A stretch of 48,440 bases of DNA from a virus, in IMG/VR virus record IMGVR_UViG_3300043499_000073; one strand, 5' to 3'. Below, one piece after another: positions 32,338 to 41,014 of the stretch. The notes under the pieces were generated by a model that was given only the letters and a program-made list of their open reading frames with translations, did not search any database and had not been told where the DNA came from. Position numbers and translations under genes: made by a program. Position 1 is the stretch's first letter; each line of letters begins with the position of its first letter.

Positions 32338-32532
32338 ATGGCCGACCCGGAAACCCAGCTGCGCGAGCTGATGATGGAGGATGCGAAGGTCTATCGCATC
32401 CGCAATCAGATCGCGGAGAAGACCGATCCGCAGGCCAATAAAAATAAAGCGTACAGGTCGAAGGCGAAGGCTAAGAAGGCTGTTAATGTTGAACCTGTCG
32501 ACGAACACCCAACAGAGGAACCACCCCAATGA
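32338..32532 (+). CDS. Hypothetical 64-aa charged protein (possibly leaderless)
   Basis: Track ORF. Its ATG lies 8 nt after the candidate -10, and there is no clear Shine-Dalgarno. Confidence 0.5.
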   Translation: MADPETQLRELMMEDAKVYRIRNQIAEKTDPQANKNKAYRSKAKAKKAVNVEPVDEHPTEEPPQ

Positions 32533-33314
32533 ATAAATTGCTTGGCACCGCGTTCGCGGTGTCTCTCGCTACATTTGCACTGGCGCTGCCGGCGCAGGCT
32601 GCCACCCGTATCCTCGGCGGCCAGACTTGGACGATCGGCGGCACTGACCTGACACTCGGCGGCGTCCCGGCCGGCAATCAACCGCAGAACGCGCCCTGCG
32701 TCATCTGCGGCGCGAACCAACCAAACCAAACCAACGTCGACCAGAATTTTGGTTATACGGACTATGGCAACCAGGGGAATTTAACCTCTGAGACTTACTT
32801 TTCGTCCGGTATTCTCAGGGACACGGTGCTTGGTGCCGATACCATCTCGGCGGTCAACTACAGCGGCACACAGTTGATCAACCTGATCACTGCGTTGGGT
32901 GGCCAGCAGACGTTCAGCATCGGCATCGATCTGAACCAGGCTAGTGGGCAGGGGCCGCAGACGCTGGAGAGCTTCTTCTTCCTCGACCTGACCAGCAAGA
33001 CGGTCCTGGCGTCGTTCCTGCCGGACATTAATGACGGCATTGCGCTCAATAGCATCAACAATGGCACGGGCTTTCCCGACTACCTATTAAACGGCCTGAC
33101 CACTGCCGGGTTGGATCCCAACCATCAGTATGCGTTCTTTGCCCGCATGACCAACATCAATGACGGCCCTGACAGCTTCTTCATTGTGCCGGGTACTCAG
33201 GTGGCGGCGGTGCCGCTGCCGGCGGTCGGCGCCGGACTGCCCGCCCTGATCGCGGGGATGTTTGGCTTGGTTGGGCTGCATCGCCGTCGGAAGCAGCGGT
33301 TGTTGTCGGCTTGA
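32529..33314 (+). CDS. Secreted protein with Sec signal peptide and C-terminal PEP-CTERM (VPLPA-type) sorting domain, 261 aa
   Basis: N-terminus MNKLLGTAFAVSLATFALALPAQA-AT. C-terminus AAVPLPAVGAGLPALIAGMFGLVGLHRRRKQR (motif, hydrophobic helix, basic cluster). ATGA-coupled to the upstream ORF. Confidence 0.75.
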   Translation: MNKLLGTAFAVSLATFALALPAQAATRILGGQTWTIGGTDLTLGGVPAGNQPQNAPCVICGANQPNQTNVDQNFGYTDYGNQGNLTSETYFSSGILRDTVLGADTISAVNYSGTQLINLITALGGQQTFSIGIDLNQASGQGPQTLESFFFLDLTSKTVLASFLPDINDGIALNSINNGTGFPDYLLNGLTTAGLDPNHQYAFFARMTNINDGPDSFFIVPGTQVAAVPLPAVGAGLPALIAGMFGLVGLHRRRKQRLLSA

Positions 33315-33397
33315 CCTTGCTGGCTCCGGCGGCGTGCATGTGAAGCGTCGCCGGGGTCGAGCTTCAAAAATGCAAAAAAATTTTGGGCGGTCTAAAC

Positions 33398-33553
33398 GAT
33401 GCTGTGGGTTTTGCTAATAGGATCGGTCTGGGCGATCACCGGCTACCCGAGCAAAGAGGCGTGCCTCGAGGCATCGCGGACATCCAACTTCAGCTACGTC
33501 ACATGGTGCGTGCCGATGCAGAGCACCGGCACAGTGGTGTCTGGTCACCGTTA
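33398..33553 (+). CDS. Possible 51-aa peptide with hydrophobic N-terminus (below track cut-off)
   Basis: Hand translation: MLWVLLIGSVWAITGYPSKEACLEASRTSNFSYVTWCVPMQSTGTVVSGHR. The RBS is weak. Confidence 0.25.
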
Positions 33554-33554
33554 A

Positions 33555-36500
33555 TTACCAACCGCCAGTACTGCCCATCGGCATCGAGAATCCGCCACCA
33601 CCCATATCGAAGCCACCGCCGCCACCCCAGTCGAGGCCGGCGCCGATGTTGCCGCCACCCCAACCCCAGCCACCGAGAACCTGCGGTGAGATCGGTGACA
33701 ACCCGCCGACCATGCCGCCGGACGCGGCTGTCTGATTGAGCAACGGACTCGAGTAGGTGCTGTTCTCAATGGGCGGCAGCACACCCGCCAAGGCTATGCT
33801 GCCGCCCTGGCTGCCGGGCGCGCCCGGTGCCACCGCGCCGGTCGGGATCGAACTTAATCCCGGCGGCGCAAGAGACAGCCCGCCGGCGGTACCACCGGCG
33901 GGCGTGGCGGGCTGCGCCGGAAGCACCGGCTGGGCATCAGCCGGTGGTGGGCTCGGATCCGGCGCAACCCGGCTTCCTTCATCGTTGTAGACATCGGTCA
34001 GGGCTTGGGCGATCTCCGGCGTCATCACCAGTTGCGGAGTTTGCGACGGTTCTGCGTAGCGCGCGTTCTTGCCGGTTGGCACACCCGGATCGGCGTCGAT
34101 GTTGGTGTGTTGTTTAATGTCGTAGAAACCGGCGTCGTTAGCGAGGGCGTCTGTCCGGCCAAGCTTAGAACGATTTTGTCCGCCTTTTCTCTTGTATGGA
34201 TCGCCCATATACGGATCGGATTCGGATTCAACATACATTCTGCGGTCATGAATGTTTGTCGACTCTGGCATCCGCGATGTGTCGATCGGTTTGAACGATC
34301 CGAGATGCTCGATAAATCCTGTGTTCTCTCGGTTGATGTATTCGGCCATTGCAGGATCGACATCAGGCAATGCGACAGCGCCACCTGAAGACGAGAAGTT
34401 CTGCGCCGGCAGTTCTGGCGCGTCGACCGCGGCGGTTGCGCCAGGTTTCTGGTCAGCAGCCGGTGTAACCTCCTCAGTGACGGCCGCTCCGGCGGCCGCC
34501 GCGGTCGGCTCTGGTGCCAGCCGCTTGCTGGCGCTGAAGTCGGTGGCACCCGAGGTGCCGAGGTCGAGGTCGCTGCGCTTGCCGACTGCCGCCGGCTTCG
34601 GCGCGCCCTCCTTCACCGCGGCGTCAAACTGCTGCTGGGTGATGCCCATCTTCGGCAGGTAGGGTTGCACGCCGGCGGCGATCTGGCTGCCGATGAACGG
34701 CGTGTTCATTGCCTCACGCAAGGTCTTGTTGCCGATGAAGTCCGGCACTTGACTGACCTTGCTCGGATCCCCCCGCTTGACCAGCTCGATCACCTTGGTG
34801 TCGAGCAGCGCGTGTGCCGGGTTGACCGCGGGAGCGGCTGGCGGCGCCGGCTTGGCGACCGGCGGCGGCGCAGGGGGCGCGGCTGCCGGAGGTTTGACCG
34901 GCGCCGCTGCTGCCGCAGCCGGGGTAGTAGGGGTAGGCACTACGGCCGCGGGAGGTGGAGCTTGGGCTGCTGGTGTCGCTGCCGGTTCTTCCGGCAGCAA
35001 TGTTTCCGGTTCGGTCGCCGCGATTGCGGCAGCACCCGGCGGCGCACTTGGCGTGGGTGCCGCCGCCGGAGCCGCAGCCGGCGCAGGCTTCGCTTCAGCT
35101 TGCGGGGGCTGGGCGGGAGCCTGTGCCGGAGCTGTTTTTGGTGTCGCTGCTGGATCCTGTTTGCCGCCCCAGTCCTGGGCCGCGGTCGTTCCGGCGTTTG
35201 GATTCTTGTAATAGTTCGGATTGTCGAACGCCTGCGCTTCCTGGCCGCGGCGAATGGTCAGGCCGTGCAACGGCTTCTTGGCGCCGGATGCGTCGGTGAC
35301 CTTGTCGTACTGGACGAAGATCTCTTTAGCCTGCTTCCAGTCGCCGGCCTTCACCGCGGCAGCCAGGCCGGTGTTGTTCAAGGCGGCGCCGCCGGTGTTG
35401 AAGCCGAGCGAGGCGAGCGAGTTGCGGATCGCCGGCGGGGTGTTGGGGTTGAGCGCATCGATCGTTGCCAGGTGCCGGCTCAGTTCGGCGTTCATCTCAG
35501 CCCTGGCGGTCGGCTCGTCGATGCTGGTGCGGCCCTTGGCGGCGGTGCCGTAGCCGATGTTGGTGGTGCCATAGTCGGCGAACGACTTCGGCGTGAAGTT
35601 CTCCTTCTTGGCCACCCACTCGGTCAGCTCCGGCGGCACGCCAGCGGCGTGCGGGCCTGTCGCGGATGTAGCGGATGTAGCGGATGCCGGGTTGGAGAAC
35701 GATTGCCCTTTATAGCCAGGATTGATCTGGACGTGCGGCGCGTCACCCTTGACCGGGAAGTGGACGCCAAACTTGTCCTGGTTGCCGGCGTTCAACCACT
35801 GCCGGAACGGGCTGTCGGGCAGGTCGCCGGCGCTACCCTTCTGGTGCTGCGAGTGGCCGGCCTTGGCGGCGATGCCGCCGGTGCCGGCCTCGTACTTGTC
35901 GCGGTAGATCTGCTGCACGTCGGCGCCGCGGGAGAACTCGCCGTACTGCGCCCGCTTGCCGGGGTTCTCCTTCTCGAACGCCTCGCCAGCGGCACGCAGC
36001 CGGGCGGCCAGTTCGGGATCAATCCCCTGGTAGCTGCCGGCCGCGGTCAGCGGCGCGTCGACGATCTTGCCGTCCTTCAACACACTGTGGTGACCGCCAC
36101 GCTCCTGTAAGAACTTGAGATCGGCTTGGTAGGTCGGGCCTTCGGCCGATCGCTCGACCGGCGCCCTGAGCCTGGCGCGGTTGGCGCCCGGCCCAGGCGG
36201 CCGCTCCGGCATGGCCGGCGGTGTCGGCGGCTTCACCTGCTGCTGTGCCTGCAGCTTCTGCTGCAGGGCCTTGTCCTTGGCGGCGCCGAAGCCGCCCGAG
36301 ATCGTTTCACCGATGCTATCGTCACTCTGCATCGGCCGCTGCAGCGACGAGGTGACCTGGCCGACCAGCGGCTGCACCTGCAGCGGCTTGGTTTCGTCGA
36401 CGTGGATGTCTTTCGCGCTCGGCCCCTTGAGTATGCGCTCGAGGAATTGGGTCATCTGGCTGGGCTGTGTGCCGGGTGGCACCACACCCAGGTTGACGCC

Positions 36501-36611
36501 GAGCGCGTGCAGCGCACGCGAAGTATCATCGCCGAGCAGCGGCTGCTTGCCGGCGATCATCGTCTGCTTGCTCTTCTCGCGCTCGAGCGCCTGTTCGTCC
36601 ATGTAGGCCAT
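33555..36611 (-). CDS. Internal virion/ejection protein (T7 gp16 position), 1018 aa, with M15 (VanY-like) peptidase and GH24 T4-lysozyme-like domains
   Basis: S254-Q-H-Q-K-G-S-A-G-D263 fits S-x-H-x-x-G-x-A-x-D, and DAPH293 is also present. E337-x8-D346-x5-N-IGYG corresponds to the T4 lysozyme E-x8-D-x5-T-IGIG. There is a ~130-aa Pro/Ala linker and a Gly/Trp-rich C-terminus. Confidence 0.8.
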   Translation of the reverse strand: MAYMDEQALEREKSKQTMIAGKQPLLGDDTSRALHALGVNLGVVPPGTQPSQMTQFLERILKGPSAKDIHVDETKPLQVQPLVGQVTSSLQRPMQSDDSIGETISGGFGAAKDKALQQKLQAQQQVKPPTPPAMPERPPGPGANRARLRAPVERSAEGPTYQADLKFLQERGGHHSVLKDGKIVDAPLTAAGSYQGIDPELAARLRAAGEAFEKENPGKRAQYGEFSRGADVQQIYRDKYEAGTGGIAAKAGHSQHQKGSAGDLPDSPFRQWLNAGNQDKFGVHFPVKGDAPHVQINPGYKGQSFSNPASATSATSATGPHAAGVPPELTEWVAKKENFTPKSFADYGTTNIGYGTAAKGRTSIDEPTARAEMNAELSRHLATIDALNPNTPPAIRNSLASLGFNTGGAALNNTGLAAAVKAGDWKQAKEIFVQYDKVTDASGAKKPLHGLTIRRGQEAQAFDNPNYYKNPNAGTTAAQDWGGKQDPAATPKTAPAQAPAQPPQAEAKPAPAAAPAAAPTPSAPPGAAAIAATEPETLLPEEPAATPAAQAPPPAAVVPTPTTPAAAAAAPVKPPAAAPPAPPPVAKPAPPAAPAVNPAHALLDTKVIELVKRGDPSKVSQVPDFIGNKTLREAMNTPFIGSQIAAGVQPYLPKMGITQQQFDAAVKEGAPKPAAVGKRSDLDLGTSGATDFSASKRLAPEPTAAAAGAAVTEEVTPAADQKPGATAAVDAPELPAQNFSSSGGAVALPDVDPAMAEYINRENTGFIEHLGSFKPIDTSRMPESTNIHDRRMYVESESDPYMGDPYKRKGGQNRSKLGRTDALANDAGFYDIKQHTNIDADPGVPTGKNARYAEPSQTPQLVMTPEIAQALTDVYNDEGSRVAPDPSPPPADAQPVLPAQPATPAGGTAGGLSLAPPGLSSIPTGAVAPGAPGSQGGSIALAGVLPPIENSTYSSPLLNQTAASGGMVGGLSPISPQVLGGWGWGGGNIGAGLDWGGGGGFDMGGGGFSMPMGSTGGW

Positions 36612-38710
36612 TAGCGTCGTGGCCCCGCTAGTGGTGGTCCGCCCGGCCCGGATGCCGCCGCTGAGGCGGCGGTGATTGCTGCTGCCAGGTCAGCGATGGT
36701 GTAATCGCGCTGGAAGGGCTGGCCCTCCAGTGCATTGAGCGCGGTCGGCGACTGCATCATCCGGCCGCCGATCGCCCGCCGGATCGGCCCGAGCGAGTAG
36801 CCGGCGATCCGTCCGGCGGTGTTGCCGCCGGGTACGCCGGTCACGGCGCTGACCGCGCTGCCGATCTGGCCGCCGACCTCGCCGGCAGTCAAACCGCCGA
36901 CGACGCCTTGACTGAGATTGCCCATGGTCTGGCCAAGCCCTCCTTGTCTGGTGGGTTGGTTCAGTGCCTGGGCGATCAGTGCCAGGCGGTCGACCCGGTC
37001 GCGCTGCGGGCCTGCTATCACATCCAGCGATTCGTCCGCTATGCCCCGGACCCGGGTGGCAAGCTGCCGCGGCCCCGGCGCGCCCTGGTTCGGGCTGTTG
37101 ATAGTCTGGTTGCCGAGCAGGCGCAGGTAGTCACCGAAAGTCTGGTCGAGCGGCGACGGCCCCTGCCCGCGTGCGACCGGCTGGCTGGTGGCTTCCAGCA
37201 TGCGCAGCCGGGTCGGATCCTGCTCACCCTGCTTGAGGTAGTTGTAGCCGGACGCGGCATTGGTACCGGCCCGCTCGGCTACGCCGGTGAGCTGCTCATG
37301 CGGTCCGCCCTCACCCATCGCGGCGGCGTAGCGTTCCTGGGTGCGATCGAACACGGCCGGCGGCACGCCCTGATTGACCGCGGTGCCGCGCATCTCGCGG
37401 GTAGCAGCGGCTTCGACATCGCCGGCGTAGCGGCTCGGGATCGGATCCATACCTTCGCCGGCGATCCGGGTGCCGCTGCGGAAGTCGCGCAATTGATTGT
37501 AGGTGCCACTGGTATCGAGGATGGCGCCGGTGACCGGGTCGCGTGGGAACCGCGCCTCGATCGCGTTGGCGCGGGTCTCCAGCGGCCGGGCGGTGATCGG
37601 ATCGGTCTGACCTGCAGCCTGGCGCAGCGCGTCCAGCACCGGCTGCCAGTCGGCCACGGCGCCCGGCCCGACCGTCTGTGCCAGGGCTTCCTGCGGCGCC
37701 GCCACCCGGGTCCGCAGGTCGTCGGCGTTGGTCCTGGCGATGTCGCCTACCGCGGCGCCGATGTCGGCCGGCGCCGGCGTCGGATTGACCGAGCCTCTGG
37801 CGTCGGCCATGTCGTCCCAGGCGGCGCCGGTCTGGTCGCGGGCATTCATGCGGCGGTTCTGGGTGAAGGTAGACGCGCCGAAACGGTTGGCGTTGGCATT
37901 CTCCCGCATCCGTATGGTGTCGTTGCCGAGCGCGCTGGCCGGTAGTTGGACGCCCTCGACCCGCGCCGCCTGCGCAATCTGCGGTGCTTCCGGCCGGCCC
38001 ATGCCGCGGTACTTCCAGTCGATGTAGCTGCGCGGCGCCTGGCCGGCGGCACTGGCGCCACCGCCGCCGAGGATCGCGCCGAATAGCGCGCTGGTCTCCG
38101 GGTCGACGCCGGCCGTCCGGCCGACCTTCTCGCCGATGTCGGCGCCATAGTGCGAGCCGACTGTCGGCGCCACTGTGGTAGTGCCGAGCCGGGTCAATGC
38201 GGCGCGCACCGCCGCCAGCGCGTTCGGCGCCGCGGCCACGCCGCGGGCGATCGCCGACGCGCCGCCGCCGAGCAGGGCGCTGGCGCCGCCTTCGAGCAGT
38301 TGCCGGATCGTGCTGGCATCGGCCGGCAGTGGCTCGGCGCCGACCGCGTTCAGCGCCATCGGCCCGAGGTAGGGGATCTTGGTCTCGGGAAAGATCCCGG
38401 CCCGGGATCCGGCATTGCCGACGGCGATCGCCAGGTCGGGTATGCCGGTCAGCGCGCCGCCGCCGATCCGCGCGGCGGTGTTGTAGGCGGAATAGGGATC
38501 GCTCGGCGTGGCTGGAGCTGCGGCCGGTGCCGGAGCGGGTGTCGGCTCCGCAGTCGGTGCCGATGCCGCGGTGCCGGCCGGCGGCGCTGGCGCGGCGCCG
38601 TCCCGCAGCTGCTTGTATTGATCGGTCTTGGCCTGGAACTCAGGCGTGCCTTTCAGGTGCTGATTCTCGGTGGCCCACTGCACCAGGCTTTCCAGGGTGT
38701 CGGCCATCAC
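36611..38710 (-). CDS. Internal virion/ejection protein (gp15 position), 699 aa
   Basis: Large coupled ORF in the ejection-protein chain. No motif recognised. Confidence 0.6.
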   Translation of the reverse strand: MMADTLESLVQWATENQHLKGTPEFQAKTDQYKQLRDGAAPAPPAGTAASAPTAEPTPAPAPAAAPATPSDPYSAYNTAARIGGGALTGIPDLAIAVGNAGSRAGIFPETKIPYLGPMALNAVGAEPLPADASTIRQLLEGGASALLGGGASAIARGVAAAPNALAAVRAALTRLGTTTVAPTVGSHYGADIGEKVGRTAGVDPETSALFGAILGGGGASAAGQAPRSYIDWKYRGMGRPEAPQIAQAARVEGVQLPASALGNDTIRMRENANANRFGASTFTQNRRMNARDQTGAAWDDMADARGSVNPTPAPADIGAAVGDIARTNADDLRTRVAAPQEALAQTVGPGAVADWQPVLDALRQAAGQTDPITARPLETRANAIEARFPRDPVTGAILDTSGTYNQLRDFRSGTRIAGEGMDPIPSRYAGDVEAAATREMRGTAVNQGVPPAVFDRTQERYAAAMGEGGPHEQLTGVAERAGTNAASGYNYLKQGEQDPTRLRMLEATSQPVARGQGPSPLDQTFGDYLRLLGNQTINSPNQGAPGPRQLATRVRGIADESLDVIAGPQRDRVDRLALIAQALNQPTRQGGLGQTMGNLSQGVVGGLTAGEVGGQIGSAVSAVTGVPGGNTAGRIAGYSLGPIRRAIGGRMMQSPTALNALEGQPFQRDYTIADLAAAITAASAAASGPGGPPLAGPRR

Positions 38711-40308
38711 TGCACTCCGAATGCTTCGTTACCGCGTTGGACCACCGGCGGCACTGCCGGGGCGGCAGCGCCGCGCCGCGCGCCAGTGGCTGGTGTTGCG
38801 GTGGCGGCGGCTGGATCTACGGCCCGGCCCCGCTGCAGGATGGCTTCCTTGTCGAACGGATGCATCTCCGGCATCTTCGGCACCGCCACGTTCGGGTCGA
38901 CGCCGCGGCTCTTCGACACCGTGTCGCGGAAGTGATCGGTGACCACGTTGCGGTTCTGCTCGTACTCCTTCATGCGGACGTAGCCCTGCTCGATCAGGTT
39001 GGCGCGGGTCTCCGCACTCATCATGCCCTGGTCGGTGAACAGCTTGGAGTACAGCGCCGCCATCTGCTGCGCCATGGTGCCGGCGCCCTGGGTCAATTTG
39101 ATTTCGCCTTCGCGCACCACCGAGCCCGGGTCGAACAGCTTGGCGATCGCGTAGACGATCTGCAGATCGGTGGTGTTGTTGATCGGCCGGTTGGTGGCCT
39201 CGATCAGTGAGTTGTAGCTGGGTATTGCTGACAGGTAGTCTTTAACCTCCTGGGTCCGCATGACGCGGTCGGAGATGTCCAGCGGATCTCCTGCCAGGCT
39301 GCCGGTGACCCGTGACGCATTCGGATCGACCGGCGTCCCGGTGCCGGACGTCGACAGCATGCCACCGCGGCCGAGCAGGTCGACCACATGCGGCGGCATC
39401 TCCTGGGTGTGGACGTACTTCTCTTGCTTGACGCCGTTGGCTTCCTCGAGCACGCGCGAGGATGGGTAGGCGGTCGGCGCAAAGATCGCGATGTTCATGC
39501 GCTCGGCCTGGGTGAGATCGCGGCCGACGCTTTGCCGGGCGATCACTGCCAGCCGCTCGCGGGCGGTGGATTCATCCAGCTTCGGCGTAAGATCCGTAGG
39601 TCCGGTGGTGGCGAGCGTGTGACCTGGCGGCACTGCACCGTTGGGGCCAAACAGCGGCCGGTTGGTGCCAAGCTCGGTCTTGTTGTTGTTGGTGGTGACC
39701 CGTTGCCCGGTCGGCTGGCCGTCGATGCCGATCACCGCGAGCGTGTGCGCGGCCGGTACGCTTTTCTCTTCGCCGGTGCGGAACCGGCCGGTGGTCAGGA
39801 ACTGCAAACGGTTCTGTTCGTCCTGATCGGTCGGCGCGCCGCTTAAACCGACGCGGGCCTTGGCATAGCCGCCAGGCAGGTCGCCGGCGCCCTGGTGCGC
39901 CTGCGCCCGGGCGGTCGCCTGGAAGAACGGCAGCTCGGCCTTGTAGCGTTCGGCCACCTTCGGATCGACGTACTTCTCCTGGTATGTGGTCGGCGGCAGG
40001 AAGGTCTCGCCCGGCAACGTGCTCGGGTCGGCCGGATTGACCGGCCCCTGCTGCTCGATCGGGATGTCGCGGGTGCTCTGTGGCGGCCCGGCAGTGGCAA
40101 TTGCTGCAGCCGCGGTGTCGCCGGCGGCGACGGCGGCGTCGAACTTGGCTTTGTCCTCGGCCTGCTTCTGTCGCAGCGCGACGATGTGCTCGACCGTCAG
40201 CTTCTGGTCGAGCGCCGCCTTCGGCGCGCCAGTGATGCTCTTGGCTATGTTAGTGGCGAGACTGCCCCAGGATGGATCCTGCTGGTAGGTGAGAAATTCC
40301 GATCCCAT
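38707..40308 (-). CDS. Internal virion protein, 533 aa
   Basis: GAGGG lies 5 nt before the ATG, and the stop is coupled to the next gene. No motif recognised. Confidence 0.6.
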   Translation of the reverse strand: MGSEFLTYQQDPSWGSLATNIAKSITGAPKAALDQKLTVEHIVALRQKQAEDKAKFDAAVAAGDTAAAAIATAGPPQSTRDIPIEQQGPVNPADPSTLPGETFLPPTTYQEKYVDPKVAERYKAELPFFQATARAQAHQGAGDLPGGYAKARVGLSGAPTDQDEQNRLQFLTTGRFRTGEEKSVPAAHTLAVIGIDGQPTGQRVTTNNNKTELGTNRPLFGPNGAVPPGHTLATTGPTDLTPKLDESTARERLAVIARQSVGRDLTQAERMNIAIFAPTAYPSSRVLEEANGVKQEKYVHTQEMPPHVVDLLGRGGMLSTSGTGTPVDPNASRVTGSLAGDPLDISDRVMRTQEVKDYLSAIPSYNSLIEATNRPINNTTDLQIVYAIAKLFDPGSVVREGEIKLTQGAGTMAQQMAALYSKLFTDQGMMSAETRANLIEQGYVRMKEYEQNRNVVTDHFRDTVSKSRGVDPNVAVPKMPEMHPFDKEAILQRGRAVDPAAATATPATGARRGAAAPAVPPVVQRGNEAFGVQ

Positions 40309-40315
40309 GCTGCCC

Positions 40316-41002
40316 TCATACGCTCGTAGCTAGCGCGTTGCCGAGGCCGGTCCCGGCAACGCTGGCGCCGGCTTGCGCTAATCCCCCAGCTGCACCGCCG
40401 CTGTACTGTGAAATCTTTATCGGCTCGACTGCCTTGGCGACGTTGTAGGCGGACAACTGTCCGGCGCGCTCGTTGCCGGCCAGGCGGATGTCCTGGCCTG
40501 CAGCATTAAAAATGCTGTTGGCGCGGTTGGTTAGGCCATACTGCGAGCCGCCGTAGGACTGCACGTTGGCGAGGGCGGCGATACGTTTCCTCGCTTCGAT
40601 CGCTGCCTGCTGGATATGCCCTTGAATGGCACTCTTCATCTCGTCGGAGCCGTTCTCCTGCCCGGAGAACATGGCAGAGGCGATCGCGTTGGGGTCGCCC
40701 TCGGCCTGGTTGGCGATGTCTTCCGGCGTCAGTGCCACCTTCAATCGATCGGCTTCGTTCTCCTGTGCCGCGGTCTGCTTCTTGGCGTCCAGCTCCTCGA
40801 GCGAGCCACTGCGCGCGGCCTCGGCATTGAGCCGCAGCTGCTCGTCGCGCTTCAGATATTCTTGGGATTGTCTTCGCTGGTAGGCGACCCACTGATCGTT
40901 GGCAGCATTTTGCTGCGAGGCCATGTCTTGCTGCTGCTGCATGTTGTACATCGACATGCCGATGCTGAAGCCAAGACCAATGATCGAGACGGGATCGCAC
41001 AT
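40316..41002 (-). CDS. Internal virion protein with hydrophobic N-terminus (gp14-like position), 228 aa
   Basis: The N-terminus MCDPVSIIGLGFSIGMSMY is followed by a Gln/Ala-rich helical region. Confidence 0.55.
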   Translation of the reverse strand: MCDPVSIIGLGFSIGMSMYNMQQQQDMASQQNAANDQWVAYQRRQSQEYLKRDEQLRLNAEAARSGSLEELDAKKQTAAQENEADRLKVALTPEDIANQAEGDPNAIASAMFSGQENGSDEMKSAIQGHIQQAAIEARKRIAALANVQSYGGSQYGLTNRANSIFNAAGQDIRLAGNERAGQLSAYNVAKAVEPIKISQYSGGAAGGLAQAGASVAGTGLGNALATSV

Positions 41003-41014
41003 GGTTCAGCTCGG

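Noticed and set aside
35662-35688. Three tandem 9-bp units (GCGGATGTA, GCGGATGTA, GCGGATGCC)
   Set aside because: They simply encode the ATSATSAT linker between the peptidase and lysozyme domains. This is a trivial in-frame microsatellite, noted only as a possible length-variable site.
34665-36110. 481-aa plus-strand ORF (with similar ones at 36908..37945, 38197..39210 and 39895..40329) covering the ejection-protein genes
   Set aside because: It is antisense to ORFs with recognisable catalytic motifs. Its product is dominated by Arg/Gly/Leu/Cys runs, as expected from the wrong frame of GC-rich DNA. It has no RBS and no coupling to neighbours.
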